From Bacillota bacterium (GTDB lineage Bacteria > Bacillota > Sulfobacillia > RBS10-35 > JAJYVN01): a stretch of DNA of 64,000 nucleotides. This document shows, one piece after another, positions 30,150 through 40,233 of the stretch; position 1 is the first letter of the stretch; the number at the start of each line of letters is the position of its first letter. Location: positions 6,877 through 70,876 of the forward strand of contig JAJZMB010000114.1 of NCBI GenBank assembly GCA_021803205.1, given 5' to 3'. Below the pieces are notes generated by a model. That model did no database searches and was not told where the DNA came from. It worked only from the letters and a program-made list of their open reading frames with translations. The position numbers were made by a program, and so were the translations under genes.

Positions 30150-31475
30150 TCACGCAGTGCCCGCCGCCGCGGGGTGGGCAGCCGGCAGGACAAGGGTGAA
30201 GCGACTCCCCTTGCCGGGCTCGCTCTCTACCTCCACGTGCCCGCCATGGTTTTCGGCCGTATGTTTGACAATGGCCAAGCCGAGACCGGTGCCGCCGGTC
30301 TCGCGGCTACGCCCCCGGTCCACCCGGTAGAAGCGCTCGAAGATCCGCGGTAGAGCCTCCGGCGGGATGCCGACCCCGGTGTCCTCCACCGCGACCGTGG
30401 CCTGGTCGCCCCGGCGCTGCACCCGGATGACCACGCGGCCACCGGCGGCCGTGTAAGCCAACGCGTTGCGCACCAAGTTGTCCACTGCGCGGCGGAGTTC
30501 ATCGGCCCGGCCTGAGACCACCGCAACGCCGCCCTCCACCGATAGGGCCACGCTCCGCTCGGCCGCGAAGGGGGACAGCGATGCCGCCACCTCCCGCGCG
30601 ATGCGCTCCAGGTGGACGGGCTCGGTCGCCGCCCAGCGGGGCGACTCCAATTGCGCCAGCGCCAACAGGTCGCGCACCAGCGCCGCCATCCGGTCCGCCT
30701 CCTGCAGGATGCGCCCGGTGAAGCACCGACGCTCATCCGGGGACAGGCCGCTCTCCCGCAGTGTCTCCGCGTACCCGCGCACGGAGGTGAGCGGGGTCTG
30801 CAGTTCGTGCGAGACGTTGGCCACGAAGTCGCGGCGGACCTGTTCGACCCCGTGGTGCTCGGTGACGTCCTGGACCACGATCAGGGCCCCTGTCGCCTCT
30901 CCCGCCGGGGCGGCCTTGGACTCTGCCCGTCCCGCCCCGCCCACGGGGAGGACGCGGACCCGGAAGAAGCGCCGTGGCGGACCGGGCCGGTCGATGTCCA
31001 CCTGGCGCGCCTCTGCCCGCCAAAGCGCCTCGGACAGGGCTGCGTCCAGGGTCGGATCACCAAAAAGTTCAAGTTGCATCGGCCCTCGCACCAGGGGGCG
31101 GAGACGCGGCCAGAGCGCGGCCGCCACGTCGTTGGAGAGCAGTACGCGGGCATAACGGTCCACCAGCAGGATGCCTTCGGTCAGCCCGGAAAGGACCGCC
31201 GACAACCGGCGGCGCTCCTCCTCAGAACGCCGCCATTCCTCATCCCACCAGAAGCGCAGACGTTCCACGTCCAGGGCGGCGTCCTCCGGGCGCATGGCCC
31301 CCGCACGCGGGGCAGACGTGGAAAAACCCACCTCCGTCGCCTGGCGGATCAGCTTTTCCGCCGCTTCGCGCAGGGTGCCGGGAACCCGCAACCCGCGCCG
31401 CAACCCAACGGCGTCACCCGCCACAAATGCGCCGAGGGACACCGCGGCGAGGCCCACCCCCCACCACCCGTTCAC
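30150..31475 (-). CDS. phoR: Phosphate regulon sensor histidine kinase PhoR
   Basis: PAS region, DFVANVSHELQTPLTS, NLVRNA, DTGVGI, FERFYRVD, GTGLGLAI; within the pst/pho operon. Confidence 0.9.
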   Translation of the reverse strand: MNGWWGVGLAAVSLGAFVAGDAVGLRRGLRVPGTLREAAEKLIRQATEVGFSTSAPRAGAMRPEDAALDVERLRFWWDEEWRRSEEERRRLSAVLSGLTEGILLVDRYARVLLSNDVAAALWPRLRPLVRGPMQLELFGDPTLDAALSEALWRAEARQVDIDRPGPPRRFFRVRVLPVGGAGRAESKAAPAGEATGALIVVQDVTEHHGVEQVRRDFVANVSHELQTPLTSVRGYAETLRESGLSPDERRCFTGRILQEADRMAALVRDLLALAQLESPRWAATEPVHLERIAREVAASLSPFAAERSVALSVEGGVAVVSGRADELRRAVDNLVRNALAYTAAGGRVVIRVQRRGDQATVAVEDTGVGIPPEALPRIFERFYRVDRGRSRETGGTGLGLAIVKHTAENHGGHVEVESEPGKGSRFTLVLPAAHPAAAGTA

Positions 31476-32170
31476 GGGGAGTTCCTCCCAGCCCGCAGAC
31501 GGTAGCCGAAACCGCGGACCGTCTCCAGCAATTCGGAAGCACCGACGGCCTCCAATTTCTCGCGGATGTGCCGGATGTGCACGTCCACGGTACGTCGATC
31601 CCCGAAGAAATCCTCTCCCCAGACGGTGTCCAGGAGGCGGTCCCGGCTGCAGACCTCCCCGCCCGCCTCGGCGAGGGTGACCAGGATCCTGAACTCCGTC
31701 GCGGTGAGCGGCAGCGAGTGCCCGCCGACAGTGGCCTGGACGCGCGGGCGGTCGATCAAAAGGTCCCCCATCTGCAGCGTTTCCGTCTCGGGCTGGCGTG
31801 GTGGCACACTGCGGCGGAGCACCGCCCGGACGCGCGCCACCAGTTCCCGGGGGGAGAAGGGCTTGGTCACGTAGTCGTCGGCGCCGAGTTCCAATCCGGT
31901 GATACGGTCGGCTTCATCGTCGAGCGCCGTGAGCATGATCACGGCCGGACCGCCGCCGCCGGCCCGAAGCTCGCGACAGAGGTCCCAGCCGCTGGCATCC
32001 GGCAGCATCAGGTCCAGGACGACCACGTCTGGCCGGCGCCGAGACCATTCGACCCGAGCCGCGGACGCGGTCGGCACCAGCACAACCCCCAGCCCGGCCC
32101 GGGCGAGATGGAAACCGATCAGTTCACGGATGGACTCGTCGTCTTCGACCACCAGCGCCAGTGCGGGCAT
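31472..32170 (-). CDS. phoP: OmpR-family response regulator PhoP/PhoB
   Basis: VEDD, LDLMLP, GADDYVTKPFSP, RTVDVHIRHIR, TVRGFGY. Confidence 0.9.
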   Translation of the reverse strand: MPALALVVEDDESIRELIGFHLARAGLGVVLVPTASAARVEWSRRRPDVVVLDLMLPDASGWDLCRELRAGGGGPAVIMLTALDDEADRITGLELGADDYVTKPFSPRELVARVRAVLRRSVPPRQPETETLQMGDLLIDRPRVQATVGGHSLPLTATEFRILVTLAEAGGEVCSRDRLLDTVWGEDFFGDRRTVDVHIRHIREKLEAVGASELLETVRGFGYRLRAGRNSP

Positions 32171-32835
32171 CAGTCGTTCAACTCCGGACGTTGGCCGGTG
32201 ACGGCATAGATCACGGCCTCCGCCAGATTGGTCGCGTGGTCGGCGATGCGTTCCAGATGCGAAGCGACGAAGAGCAGGTGTGTCCCCTGCCGTACCGCGT
32301 CAGGCCGGCGGCCCATCAGGGACACCAGATCGCGGAAGACCTGGGAGAATAGATGATCCACCTCATCGTCGACCTCAACGAGGGCCCAGGCGGCCGTGGC
32401 ATCCCGGCGCACGTAGGCGTCGACGGCACGCGCCAGCATGTCCTGGGCCAGTTCCGCCATGCGCGGTATGTCGACCAGCGGCTCCAGCAACGCCTCGCCC
32501 TCCAGGCGGACCGCCGTGCGGGCGATGTCGGAGGCATGGTCGGCGATGCGTTCGAGATCGATCAGGATGCGTAGCGCGGCACCGATGGTCCGCAGGTCGC
32601 CGGCGACCGGCTGCTGCAGAGCGATGAGCCGCAGGCACTGCCGTTCCAACTGTGCCTCCAGGTCGTCGATGACGCGGTCGCCGGCCACGATCTCCCGGCC
32701 CGCGGCGGCGTCCATCCCCGCCAACGCCGCAACGGCACGCGCGATGACGCCCTTGACCCTGACCGCCAGACCGACGATGCCCTGCTCCAGGCCGTCCAGT
32801 TGGGTCTGAAACGCCTCCCGCGTCGGCACGGGCAC
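32170..32835 (-). CDS. phoU: Phosphate signalling protein PhoU
   Basis: QQPVAGDLR, two LERIADHA repeats, DDEVD. Confidence 0.93.
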   Translation of the reverse strand: MPVPTREAFQTQLDGLEQGIVGLAVRVKGVIARAVAALAGMDAAAGREIVAGDRVIDDLEAQLERQCLRLIALQQPVAGDLRTIGAALRILIDLERIADHASDIARTAVRLEGEALLEPLVDIPRMAELAQDMLARAVDAYVRRDATAAWALVEVDDEVDHLFSQVFRDLVSLMGRRPDAVRQGTHLLFVASHLERIADHATNLAEAVIYAVTGQRPELND

Positions 32836-32911
32836 CCCTCCCCCACAACTGTCACCGGCCGGTGCGGCCGCCCTGCCGCGAGCAGCCCGGGCAGCCCGCC
32901 CGCACTCCCCG

Positions 32912-33844
32912 TCATCCGAAACGTCCGGTCAGGTACTGCTCCGTGCGGGTATCCCGCGGTTGGCTGAAGACCTCCTCGGTCGCGCCCGCCTCCACGACCT
33001 CCCCGCCGAGGAAGAACACCGTGTGCTGGGAGATGCGCGCCGCCTGGCCGAGGTTGTGCGTCACGATCACGATGCTGAAGCGACCCGCGAGGCGCAGCAG
33101 GGTATCCTCAATCCGGCCCGTGGCCACCGGGTCGACGGCCGAGGTCGGCTCATCGAGCAGAATGACCTCGGGGTCCACGGCGAGTGCCCGGGCGATGGCC
33201 AGCCGTTGCTGCTGCCCCCCGCTCAAGGCGGACGCGGGTCGCCGCAGCCGATCCTTCACCTCGTCCCACAACCCGGCGTCCCGCAGGCACCGCTCCACGC
33301 GCACCCACATCCCGGCTGAGGTCCGCTCCAACCGGTGGATGCGGGGGGCATAGGCGACGTTGTCGAAGATGCTCATGGGGAAAACCACCGGGCGCTGGAA
33401 GACCATGCCAATCCGCCGCCGCAGCGCCACGGGGTCCACCTGCGGTGCAAAGATGTCCGTACCTCGGAAGAGGATCCGCCCCTGGGTGACGATGCCCGGA
33501 ATCCGATCGTTCATGCGGTTCAGGCTGCGCAGAAAGGTTGATTTTCCGCAGCCGCTTGGTCCGATGATCGCCGTGATGCGCGACGGCGGCAGATCCAAGG
33601 TGATGCCCCGCAGGGCGTGGAGCCCCGGATACCAGAGATGGAAGTCCACCGCGGACAGAACCGCGCCGCCCCCGTCGGCAATGGTGGCGGCTTCCGCCGC
33701 CATTGCCGACCGCGCGCCCGTTGCACGCGCATCCGCGGTAAGCGCCGCCCGCGGCATGGATTCGGGCGCGCCGTCCAACCCGGTCGCTCCACCCGCCGCG
33801 AGGGGCCTCCCACGCCAGCCGTCCGCAACCTCGGACACCGCCAT
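32912..33844 (-). CDS. pstB: Phosphate ABC transporter ATPase PstB
   Basis: GPSGCGKSTFLRSLNRMND, LSGGQQQRL, DEPTS, YLTGRFG. Confidence 0.95.
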   Translation of the reverse strand: MAVSEVADGWRGRPLAAGGATGLDGAPESMPRAALTADARATGARSAMAAEAATIADGGGAVLSAVDFHLWYPGLHALRGITLDLPPSRITAIIGPSGCGKSTFLRSLNRMNDRIPGIVTQGRILFRGTDIFAPQVDPVALRRRIGMVFQRPVVFPMSIFDNVAYAPRIHRLERTSAGMWVRVERCLRDAGLWDEVKDRLRRPASALSGGQQQRLAIARALAVDPEVILLDEPTSAVDPVATGRIEDTLLRLAGRFSIVIVTHNLGQAARISQHTVFFLGGEVVEAGATEEVFSQPRDTRTEQYLTGRFG

Positions 33845-33860
33845 CGCCTCTCCCCCGCCC

Positions 33861-34694
33861 CTACGATCTCTGGCCCAGGGCCCATCGCGCCGCCACGTTG
33901 AGCATCAAGACGGCCACCATGAGCAGGAAGGCCGCAGCGTAGGCCAGGGCGTGCGCTGCGGCGAAGGGCTGGTTGATGTAGGTCCAGACCACGTACGTCA
34001 GGTAGCCGACCGGCGAATGCGTCAGGCGGCCCGTGGGCATGAAGCTCGACCAACTGGCCGTGTACAGCAGCGGGGCCGTTTCCCCTACGGCGACGCCGAC
34101 GCCGAGCATCACGCCGGTCACGATGCCGGGGAGCGCGGCCCGCAGGACGATACGGCGCACGGTGGTCGTCGGATCAACGCCCAAGGCCAGGGACGCGTCC
34201 CGCAGGTCGTCGGAGACCGCCGCGACGGCATAGTCCGTCGTCCGGACCACGTAGGGCAGCATCAGCAGGGCGAGCGCCAACGCCCCGGCGAGGGCCGAGA
34301 ACCCCCAGCCCAGCGCCTGCACAAGGGCGATGTAGCCGAAGTAGCCGACCGCGATGGAAGGTAGACCAGCCAGCACGTCCGCAGCCATGCGCACAGTCCG
34401 TACAAAGGCCCCACTTCGCTGCTCGGCGACGAAGGTCCCCCCGAGGACGCCGACGGGAATGGCGATGACGGCGGCAAAGACCACCAGCAGGGCGGAACCG
34501 GCGATGGCGTTGGCCAGCCCGCCGGCGATCCCGCTGGTGACCGTCGTCAGCACCTTAAAGCGCAGAGCCGGAAGGGCGTGCCGCGCCACCAGCACCGCCA
34601 TGTCCAAAAGCGGGAAGAGGGCGGCGCACACAGCCACCCAGGCGAGCGTCACCGCCAGGGCATTGCGCACGCGGCGCGCCGGGGGCGTCCTCAT
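33861..34694 (-). CDS. pstA: Phosphate ABC transporter permease PstA
   Basis: GLPSIAVGYFG, ASLALG, GETAPLLYT; ATGA overlap with the pstC stop. Confidence 0.9.
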   Translation of the reverse strand: MRTPPARRVRNALAVTLAWVAVCAALFPLLDMAVLVARHALPALRFKVLTTVTSGIAGGLANAIAGSALLVVFAAVIAIPVGVLGGTFVAEQRSGAFVRTVRMAADVLAGLPSIAVGYFGYIALVQALGWGFSALAGALALALLMLPYVVRTTDYAVAAVSDDLRDASLALGVDPTTTVRRIVLRAALPGIVTGVMLGVGVAVGETAPLLYTASWSSFMPTGRLTHSPVGYLTYVVWTYINQPFAAAHALAYAAAFLLMVAVLMLNVAARWALGQRS

Positions 34695-36958
34695 CCGGCA
34701 TCCCGCCCGGCGCTCATCATCGCCGCGACGCGGGACACACCCTGCCCCACGAAGGGAGCCGCCAGGTTGACCATCACGCTGATGAGCATGAGCACGACCG
34801 CGAGTTCGGCCAGGGCGTGGACAGCCATGCCCGTGGAGTCCGTGAAGGCGCTGTCCAGATCGACGACGATCGCCGAGGCCATCGTTGTGGTCGGGCTGTA
34901 CAGGGCATGGGGAATGGCATTGCCGCTGCCGCTGACCATGAGCACCGCCATCGTCTCCCCCAGCGCCCGCCCCAGCGCCAGGACAACGCCCCCGATCAGC
35001 CCGGGACCAGCGAGCGGGAGCACAAGGCCGCGCAGCGTCTCCCAGTCGGTCAGTCCCAAGGCCCGGCCCTGGTCCCGCACCTCGCGAGGTACGCGCAGCA
35101 GGGCATCGCGCCCCACCGCCGCCACCAGGGGCAGGACCATCGCCGCCAGCACCACGGATGCCGCAAGCAGTCCCTGGCCGGAGAGCACGGGGCCGCGAAA
35201 GAAGGGAATGAACCCGAGGACCCGCGCGATGGCCGGCCCGGCGTGGCGGCCGATCCAGGGCACCAGCACAATGAAGCCCCAGAGCCCGAAGACGACGCTC
35301 GGTACGCCAGCGATGAGTTCGATGAAGAAGCCCAGTGCGCGCCCAGACCACCCACGCGCGTGCTCGGCCAACGAGACCGCGACCCCGACGCCTACGGGTA
35401 CGGCCAGCGCCAGCGCGCCGAGCGATGTCAACACCGTGCCGACGATGTAGGGCAGGGCGCCGTACACAGCGCCCTCCGGTGCCCTGAAGCCGTGTCGGAC
35501 GACCGCAGTGCCGCCGTAAAGGTTGCCAAGGCTCCAGACGCTCTTGGTGATGAAGGCGAAACCGTTCCAGACCACGGCCGGCCAAGCCGAGACGAATAGG
35601 ACACCCAGCGTGACCAGCAGTAGGAGCGGGATGAGGGCAGCGCCGACCGCGGCGGCGACGCTCCAGAGGCTCAGACGCCTGTGTCGCGGCACGTGTCCGA
35701 TCCCTCCCGAGGGCCGGCGGCCCCCCGTCGACCCCATCCCAGCCCGCCACGCGCGCAACCCGCCCCCGGAGGGACGGGCGGCTGCGACACGGCGGCGGGG
35801 GCGGCGGGCGGACTCGTCCGGTCCCGCCCCCCCGACCCGGCTTCCCGAACTTTCCGCGATCTGCGCCTGGCTCAGCTTGACCACGGAGGACGGCAATTGG
35901 ATGAAGTGGACCTGCCGCAGATAACTGGACGCGTTGCCGCCGTTACTGTCCAGAGCCCACGTCAGGAACTTCTTCAGTGCGGCCGCCATGGCCGCGTTGG
36001 GCTGCGTCTTGCTCACCATGGCGTATTCGAAGTTGATGATCGGGTATGAGGTGGCCCCGGGGGCGTCGATCAGGGAGATCCGCTCGTTGGCGGGCGTATT
36101 GGCCACCATCGCCTTGACGGCCGCCGTGATCGTGGCATCTCCCGGCAGGACGAACTTGCCGTCCTTGTTCTCCAGCGCCGCGTAGCCGAGGCCGTCCTTG
36201 TTGGCCTGGTTGAGCCACGAGATGCCGACGTAGCCGATGGCGCCGGGGGCCTGCTTGATGGCGGCCTCGACGCCCTGGTTGCCATTGCCCGCCACCTCAG
36301 TGCCGAGAGTCGGCCAGGTGACCGAGGTGCCGTAACCGACGCTCTTCCAGGCGGCCCCTGCGGTATCGGTCAGGTACTGCGTGAACAGGAACGTGTCACC
36401 GCTGCCGTCCGACCGGCGCACGGGCACGATCGCCCGGTGGGGCAGTTTGACGCCGGGGTTGAGCGCCGCGATCTTCGGGTCGTCCCAGTACCGGATGGCC
36501 CCGGTGTAGATGGCGGCGAGCACCGGGCCGTTGAGACGCAGGTGGGTGCTGTTCATGCCGGGCAGGTTGTAGTTGATCTGCTGCGCCGAGATCACCAGCG
36601 GGATGTTGAGGATGTTGGGGGCCTGCTGTACTTCCGACGGCGACATATACGCATCGGAAGCACCGATCTGCACAAGCCCGGCGATCGCCTGACTGATGCC
36701 CGTGCCGCTCCCGGTGGAGGCCGTCGAGATCTGGACGCCCGGATTCGCCTTCTGATAGTCGGGCTGCCAGATATTGAACAGCGGATAGAGGAGCGAGGAT
36801 CCAGTCTCCGCGATGTGGACGGTCGGGCTTGCCGGGGCCGTGCTGGAACCGGCGGAGCCGGTCGAGGCGCCGGAGCTCGGCGCGCCGCAGGCGGCCAGCG
36901 CAGGCAGGACAAACACCCCTAGGGCAACCGCTGCAATCCATTGCCGACAAGAAACCAT
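34691..36958 (-). CDS. pstS-pstC: Single ORF containing PstS (lipoprotein) in frame with PstC; internal RBS and GTG for PstC at 35692
   Basis: LAACG lipobox, ETGSSLLYP, TGSGTG, RSDGSGDT (PstS); no stop before GVPSVVFGLWG and LGRALGETMA (PstC). Confidence 0.85.
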   Translation of the reverse strand: MVSCRQWIAAVALGVFVLPALAACGAPSSGASTGSAGSSTAPASPTVHIAETGSSLLYPLFNIWQPDYQKANPGVQISTASTGSGTGISQAIAGLVQIGASDAYMSPSEVQQAPNILNIPLVISAQQINYNLPGMNSTHLRLNGPVLAAIYTGAIRYWDDPKIAALNPGVKLPHRAIVPVRRSDGSGDTFLFTQYLTDTAGAAWKSVGYGTSVTWPTLGTEVAGNGNQGVEAAIKQAPGAIGYVGISWLNQANKDGLGYAALENKDGKFVLPGDATITAAVKAMVANTPANERISLIDAPGATSYPIINFEYAMVSKTQPNAAMAAALKKFLTWALDSNGGNASSYLRQVHFIQLPSSVVKLSQAQIAESSGSRVGGAGPDESARRPRRRVAAARPSGGGLRAWRAGMGSTGGRRPSGGIGHVPRHRRLSLWSVAAAVGAALIPLLLLVTLGVLFVSAWPAVVWNGFAFITKSVWSLGNLYGGTAVVRHGFRAPEGAVYGALPYIVGTVLTSLGALALAVPVGVGVAVSLAEHARGWSGRALGFFIELIAGVPSVVFGLWGFIVLVPWIGRHAGPAIARVLGFIPFFRGPVLSGQGLLAASVVLAAMVLPLVAAVGRDALLRVPREVRDQGRALGLTDWETLRGLVLPLAGPGLIGGVVLALGRALGETMAVLMVSGSGNAIPHALYSPTTTMASAIVVDLDSAFTDSTGMAVHALAELAVVLMLISVMVNLAAPFVGQGVSRVAAMMSAGRDAG

Positions 36959-37040
36959 ATCTTTAGACCAACCCCCTGGAGGTTATCGCTTCCGAGGCCA
37001 CCTCCGCAGTTTAGGTGTCCCCGCCGGGGGCGGCGGCGAC

Positions 37041-37073
37041 GCGATATGAAGGTCACGTTAACGTCCGGTTAAG
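37041..37073 (-). promoter_or_regulatory. Putative Pho box
   Basis: Three 11-bp-period repeats on the minus strand upstream of pstS: CTTAACCGGAC GTTAACGTGAC CTTCATATCGC. Confidence 0.65.
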
Positions 37074-37359
37074 CACGCGGGCCGCAGGCCACCCGCCCGG
37101 CCCGCAGGACGGCGGACGCCGGCAGGCCATTCGCGCCATCTGCACACAACCGCAATCGAAGCCAACAGCAGCGGCCCCGACTAAATCGTGGGCTGGGCCC
37201 GGTGGATCACACCGGGGCCGATATCGCCGTGGTGCGCGACCTCGGGGCGGCCGTGCCCTGCCTGCCCCGTGCAGCGCGCCCACCGGCGCTGGTCGCCAGC
37301 AGAGGCGTGGGCGGCGGGCCTCCTGCGGCAAAACTCTGGCGCACCGTTCCGAAAACACC

Positions 37360-37600
37360 CACCACCGATCGAACGGGTCGCGGTGGTGGTCTGGGAGTGT
37401 GCGCACGGCGAGACCGTGGCCGATGTATATGCCGAGCGGCACAAAGGCGCTGCGCCGCATCTCCTCGGCAAAGAAACCCGCAAGATCGGCGGGAGCGCGG
37501 AGCCGGTCCAACGCCACCTGGATCGCGATCTCCCGTGCACTCGCCGCGCTGACATAGACCTCGCTGTCGGACCCGGCCGCGCGCTCAACCGCCGGTTCCT
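37360..37600 (-). pseudogene. Degenerate VapC/PIN toxin fragment
   Basis: EVYVSAASAREIAI...LPDHHRDPFDR core present; N-terminal acidic motif absent; the RRLSAR segment is in another frame; no antitoxin. Confidence 0.65.
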
Positions 37601-37775
37601 CGCCGCCGAACAGACCTCCTCCCGCTGCCTGCAAGACATCGACTGCCTCGACCGCGTGCTGACACCCACCGTTGTCGATGACCAGCGCGCACCTGTCCTG
37701 CGCTTCGGCGACCTTCGCGCTGGAGGCGGCCCTCTGTCGCAGTTGGGACCTTCCTCCCCAGCCATCCATCCCCCC

Positions 37776-38532
37776 TCACCCCCGCCCGGCCCCGAATAGC
37801 CCCGGTATCTCCGCCGCCCGTGCAATCCGCGCGTCCGGCCCCCGCCCCGGCACCGTCCAGGCGCCGGCCTCCCCCACGAACACGCCGCCGAGACCCGCGT
37901 CCATCGCCCCGACCACATCCGCCTCTGGATCGTCGCCGATCATAGCCACCGCCTCAGGGGGCAGGCCGAGGGAGTGGGCGCCCTGCAGGAAGAACTCTGC
38001 CGCCGGCTTGCCGATAACCAAGGCCCGCACGCCAGCTGCGTACTCCAGCGCCGCGACGGCCGCCCCCACGTCCACGGCCGGCCCTGTGGACGTCGCGAAC
38101 CACCGATTCTTGGCCATGGCAACCAGATCCGCGCCCGCGCGCAGGGCGCGGAACGCCTGATCGAGCGCCTCCCGGCCGAAGATCTCCGGCGTGTCCCCGA
38201 TCACCACATGCGCGGGGCGCCCCGCGTCCTCCGGAATGCCGGCCAGATCCTGCCGCACCTCCGGACGCACGAAGAACAGGCAACTGCCCCCGACCCGGCG
38301 CAGGTACCTGGCGGTGACCACCGTCGCCGTAAGCAGATCCCCCTGAACGACCGGGAGTCCGGCCTCGGCCAGACGGGACGCCAGAGCCCGTCGGCTCCGA
38401 CTGCTGGTGTTGGTCAGGAGCCGGAAAGGGACCGCCAGGCGGCGCAGCCCGGCAAGTGCCTCGCCCGCTCCCGGCAGCGCGGCGTCACCAACCCGCAGGA
38501 CCCCGCCGACATCGATCAGGCAACCGCGGCAT
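37776..38532 (-). pseudogene. HAD-IIA hydrolase (LHPP/NagD-like), start codon out of frame by one base
   Basis: LIDVGGVL, LTNTS, IGKP, MIGDD..ADV.GA. The ATG in TAATG (38532) is followed by one extra C relative to the domain frame. Confidence 0.7.
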
Positions 38533-39650
38533 TACGGCGCGTACGGGTGGACGTGGTGGGGATGCAGGATCGACGCCACGTCCTGCAGGTCCCAGGCCAT
38601 GTACTGGGATACGTCGCTGTCGGCGCGCCCGGACAGGCCCCACACGGCCCTGTCCTTCACCGCCGCCACGCCTTGGAGGGCCGGGTCGGCCAGCATCTGC
38701 TGCACCGCGGGGCCCCGCACAATATCCCCGCTGCCCGCATCATCCGTCAGGATGATGTCAGGATTGAGGTGCACGATCTCCTCGGGGCCGACCTGCTGCC
38801 AGTTCTTGATGCCGGCCGCGGCCGCCGCGTTGATGCCGCCGGCGTCGCGGATGAGCTGATCCATGGTCGTCCCGCTGCCATAGATATAGCCGGCGGAGTA
38901 GAAGACGACACGTGGTTTGGTCAGACCGGCCACCGCCAGCTTGACCGCCGCAGCCTCATGCTGCATCGCGGCGACCAGGACCTGGCCGCGCGCCTCGTCG
39001 TCGGTGATGGCGGCGATCGTGGTGACATGGCCCTCGATGTCCGCCAGGGAGGAGAAGGTGTTGAACTCGACCACGGGGATCCCGGCGTGCGTGAGTTGCA
39101 AAATGACGCCCGGCTGTGTGTAACTCGCGGCGAAGACCACGTCGGGCTTCAGCGCGACGGCCTGCGCGGCGTTGGCCACCTGGAAGGCCGAGATGCCGCC
39201 GACCTCTCCGGTCACGAAAGACATGCTCGGTTTGGAGGCGTAGGCGGTCACGCCGACAAGACGCGGCTTGGACACCAGCGCCGGGAGAATCTCGTCAGTA
39301 CCGAGGGTGAGGGAGATGATGCGCCGGGGCTTGGACGGGATGGTGACTCGGCGGCCGGCATCGTCGATGATGGTGAGCGGGTAGACCGTGGTGCCGCCAG
39401 CCGGACCAGCGGCCGCCCGGGGCGGGGCGACCAGGGCCGAGGCGCTGGAGGGGGATGTCGCACCAGGCGTGGCAGCCGGGCCACCGACGCCGCATCCGCC
39501 CACAAGCAGCGCGGCGGAGCCGAGGATGGCGGCAAGGATTCGTCTGTCGCGGGAGGGCCGAATACCGGTGGGCGCCCAAAACCGTGCGGCGGTGCCCGTT
39601 CGGCCCGCGACGCACGTGGACATCCCATGACCTGTGGTCATGGCCGTCAT
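38532..39650 (-). CDS. Cobalamin/Fe-siderophore ABC substrate-binding lipoprotein (BtuF-like)
   Basis: LVGGC lipobox, YPLTIIDDAGR, PRRIISL, LKPDVV, AVKDRAV; downstream of a B12 riboswitch. Confidence 0.85.
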   Translation of the reverse strand: MTAMTTGHGMSTCVAGRTGTAARFWAPTGIRPSRDRRILAAILGSAALLVGGCGVGGPAATPGATSPSSASALVAPPRAAAGPAGGTTVYPLTIIDDAGRRVTIPSKPRRIISLTLGTDEILPALVSKPRLVGVTAYASKPSMSFVTGEVGGISAFQVANAAQAVALKPDVVFAASYTQPGVILQLTHAGIPVVEFNTFSSLADIEGHVTTIAAITDDEARGQVLVAAMQHEAAAVKLAVAGLTKPRVVFYSAGYIYGSGTTMDQLIRDAGGINAAAAAGIKNWQQVGPEEIVHLNPDIILTDDAGSGDIVRGPAVQQMLADPALQGVAAVKDRAVWGLSGRADSDVSQYMAWDLQDVASILHPHHVHPYAP

Positions 39651-39696
39651 GTGCGGGTAGCCCCCTTTTCTCCGAAGGGAGTGGCTGCCTCTCGTC

Positions 39697-39930
39697 CGCA
39701 GGCAGGTCTCCTGGCTCTCCCCGCATCGACGCCGCGCCCTCTTCCCACCCCCAGCACAGAGGCAGTGAGTTGCTTGCCGCGTCAGGCGACGTCTTGGGGA
39801 GCACAGTGGCGGGACCGCGCCGGCTCGGCCGTGCACCACCCAAACCCATACCTGGGAGGCGCTGCGGCACCCCGGACTTCCCTATTCTCCCTGGCGGTCG
39901 ACCCTCCGGGCCGACCCCAGGACACCTGCG
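39697..39930 (-). ncRNA. Cobalamin (AdoCbl) riboswitch
   Basis: AGGTG...AATAGGGAA...CCGGCGCGGTCCCGCCACTGT...CACTG...GGGAAG...AGCCAGGAGACCTGCC (B12 box). Confidence 0.92.
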
Positions 39931-40233
39931 GACCATCTGCAGTTGTGGCAAAATGGTAGCATGAGGCTGTGACGCGGACAAGGGGCCTGGCGGCCTCGGA
40001 CGCGGCGCCGCCGCCCACCGTCGCAGCGCCACAAACCGCACCTCCGAGGGATCGCCGTCCGCCCTCGGGCTTGTTCCCACTCCTTCCGATCGGACACATC
40101 CCAGACGGAGCGGCATCGGGCAGGCGGCAGATGGCCGGGGGGGAATACCTCACCCGGGGCGTCGCGACCCTCCACCCCCCGGATCCCGCCTCCCCACCCA
40201 GAGGCGACGCCCGAAGGGATGGTCCGAAGGCGC

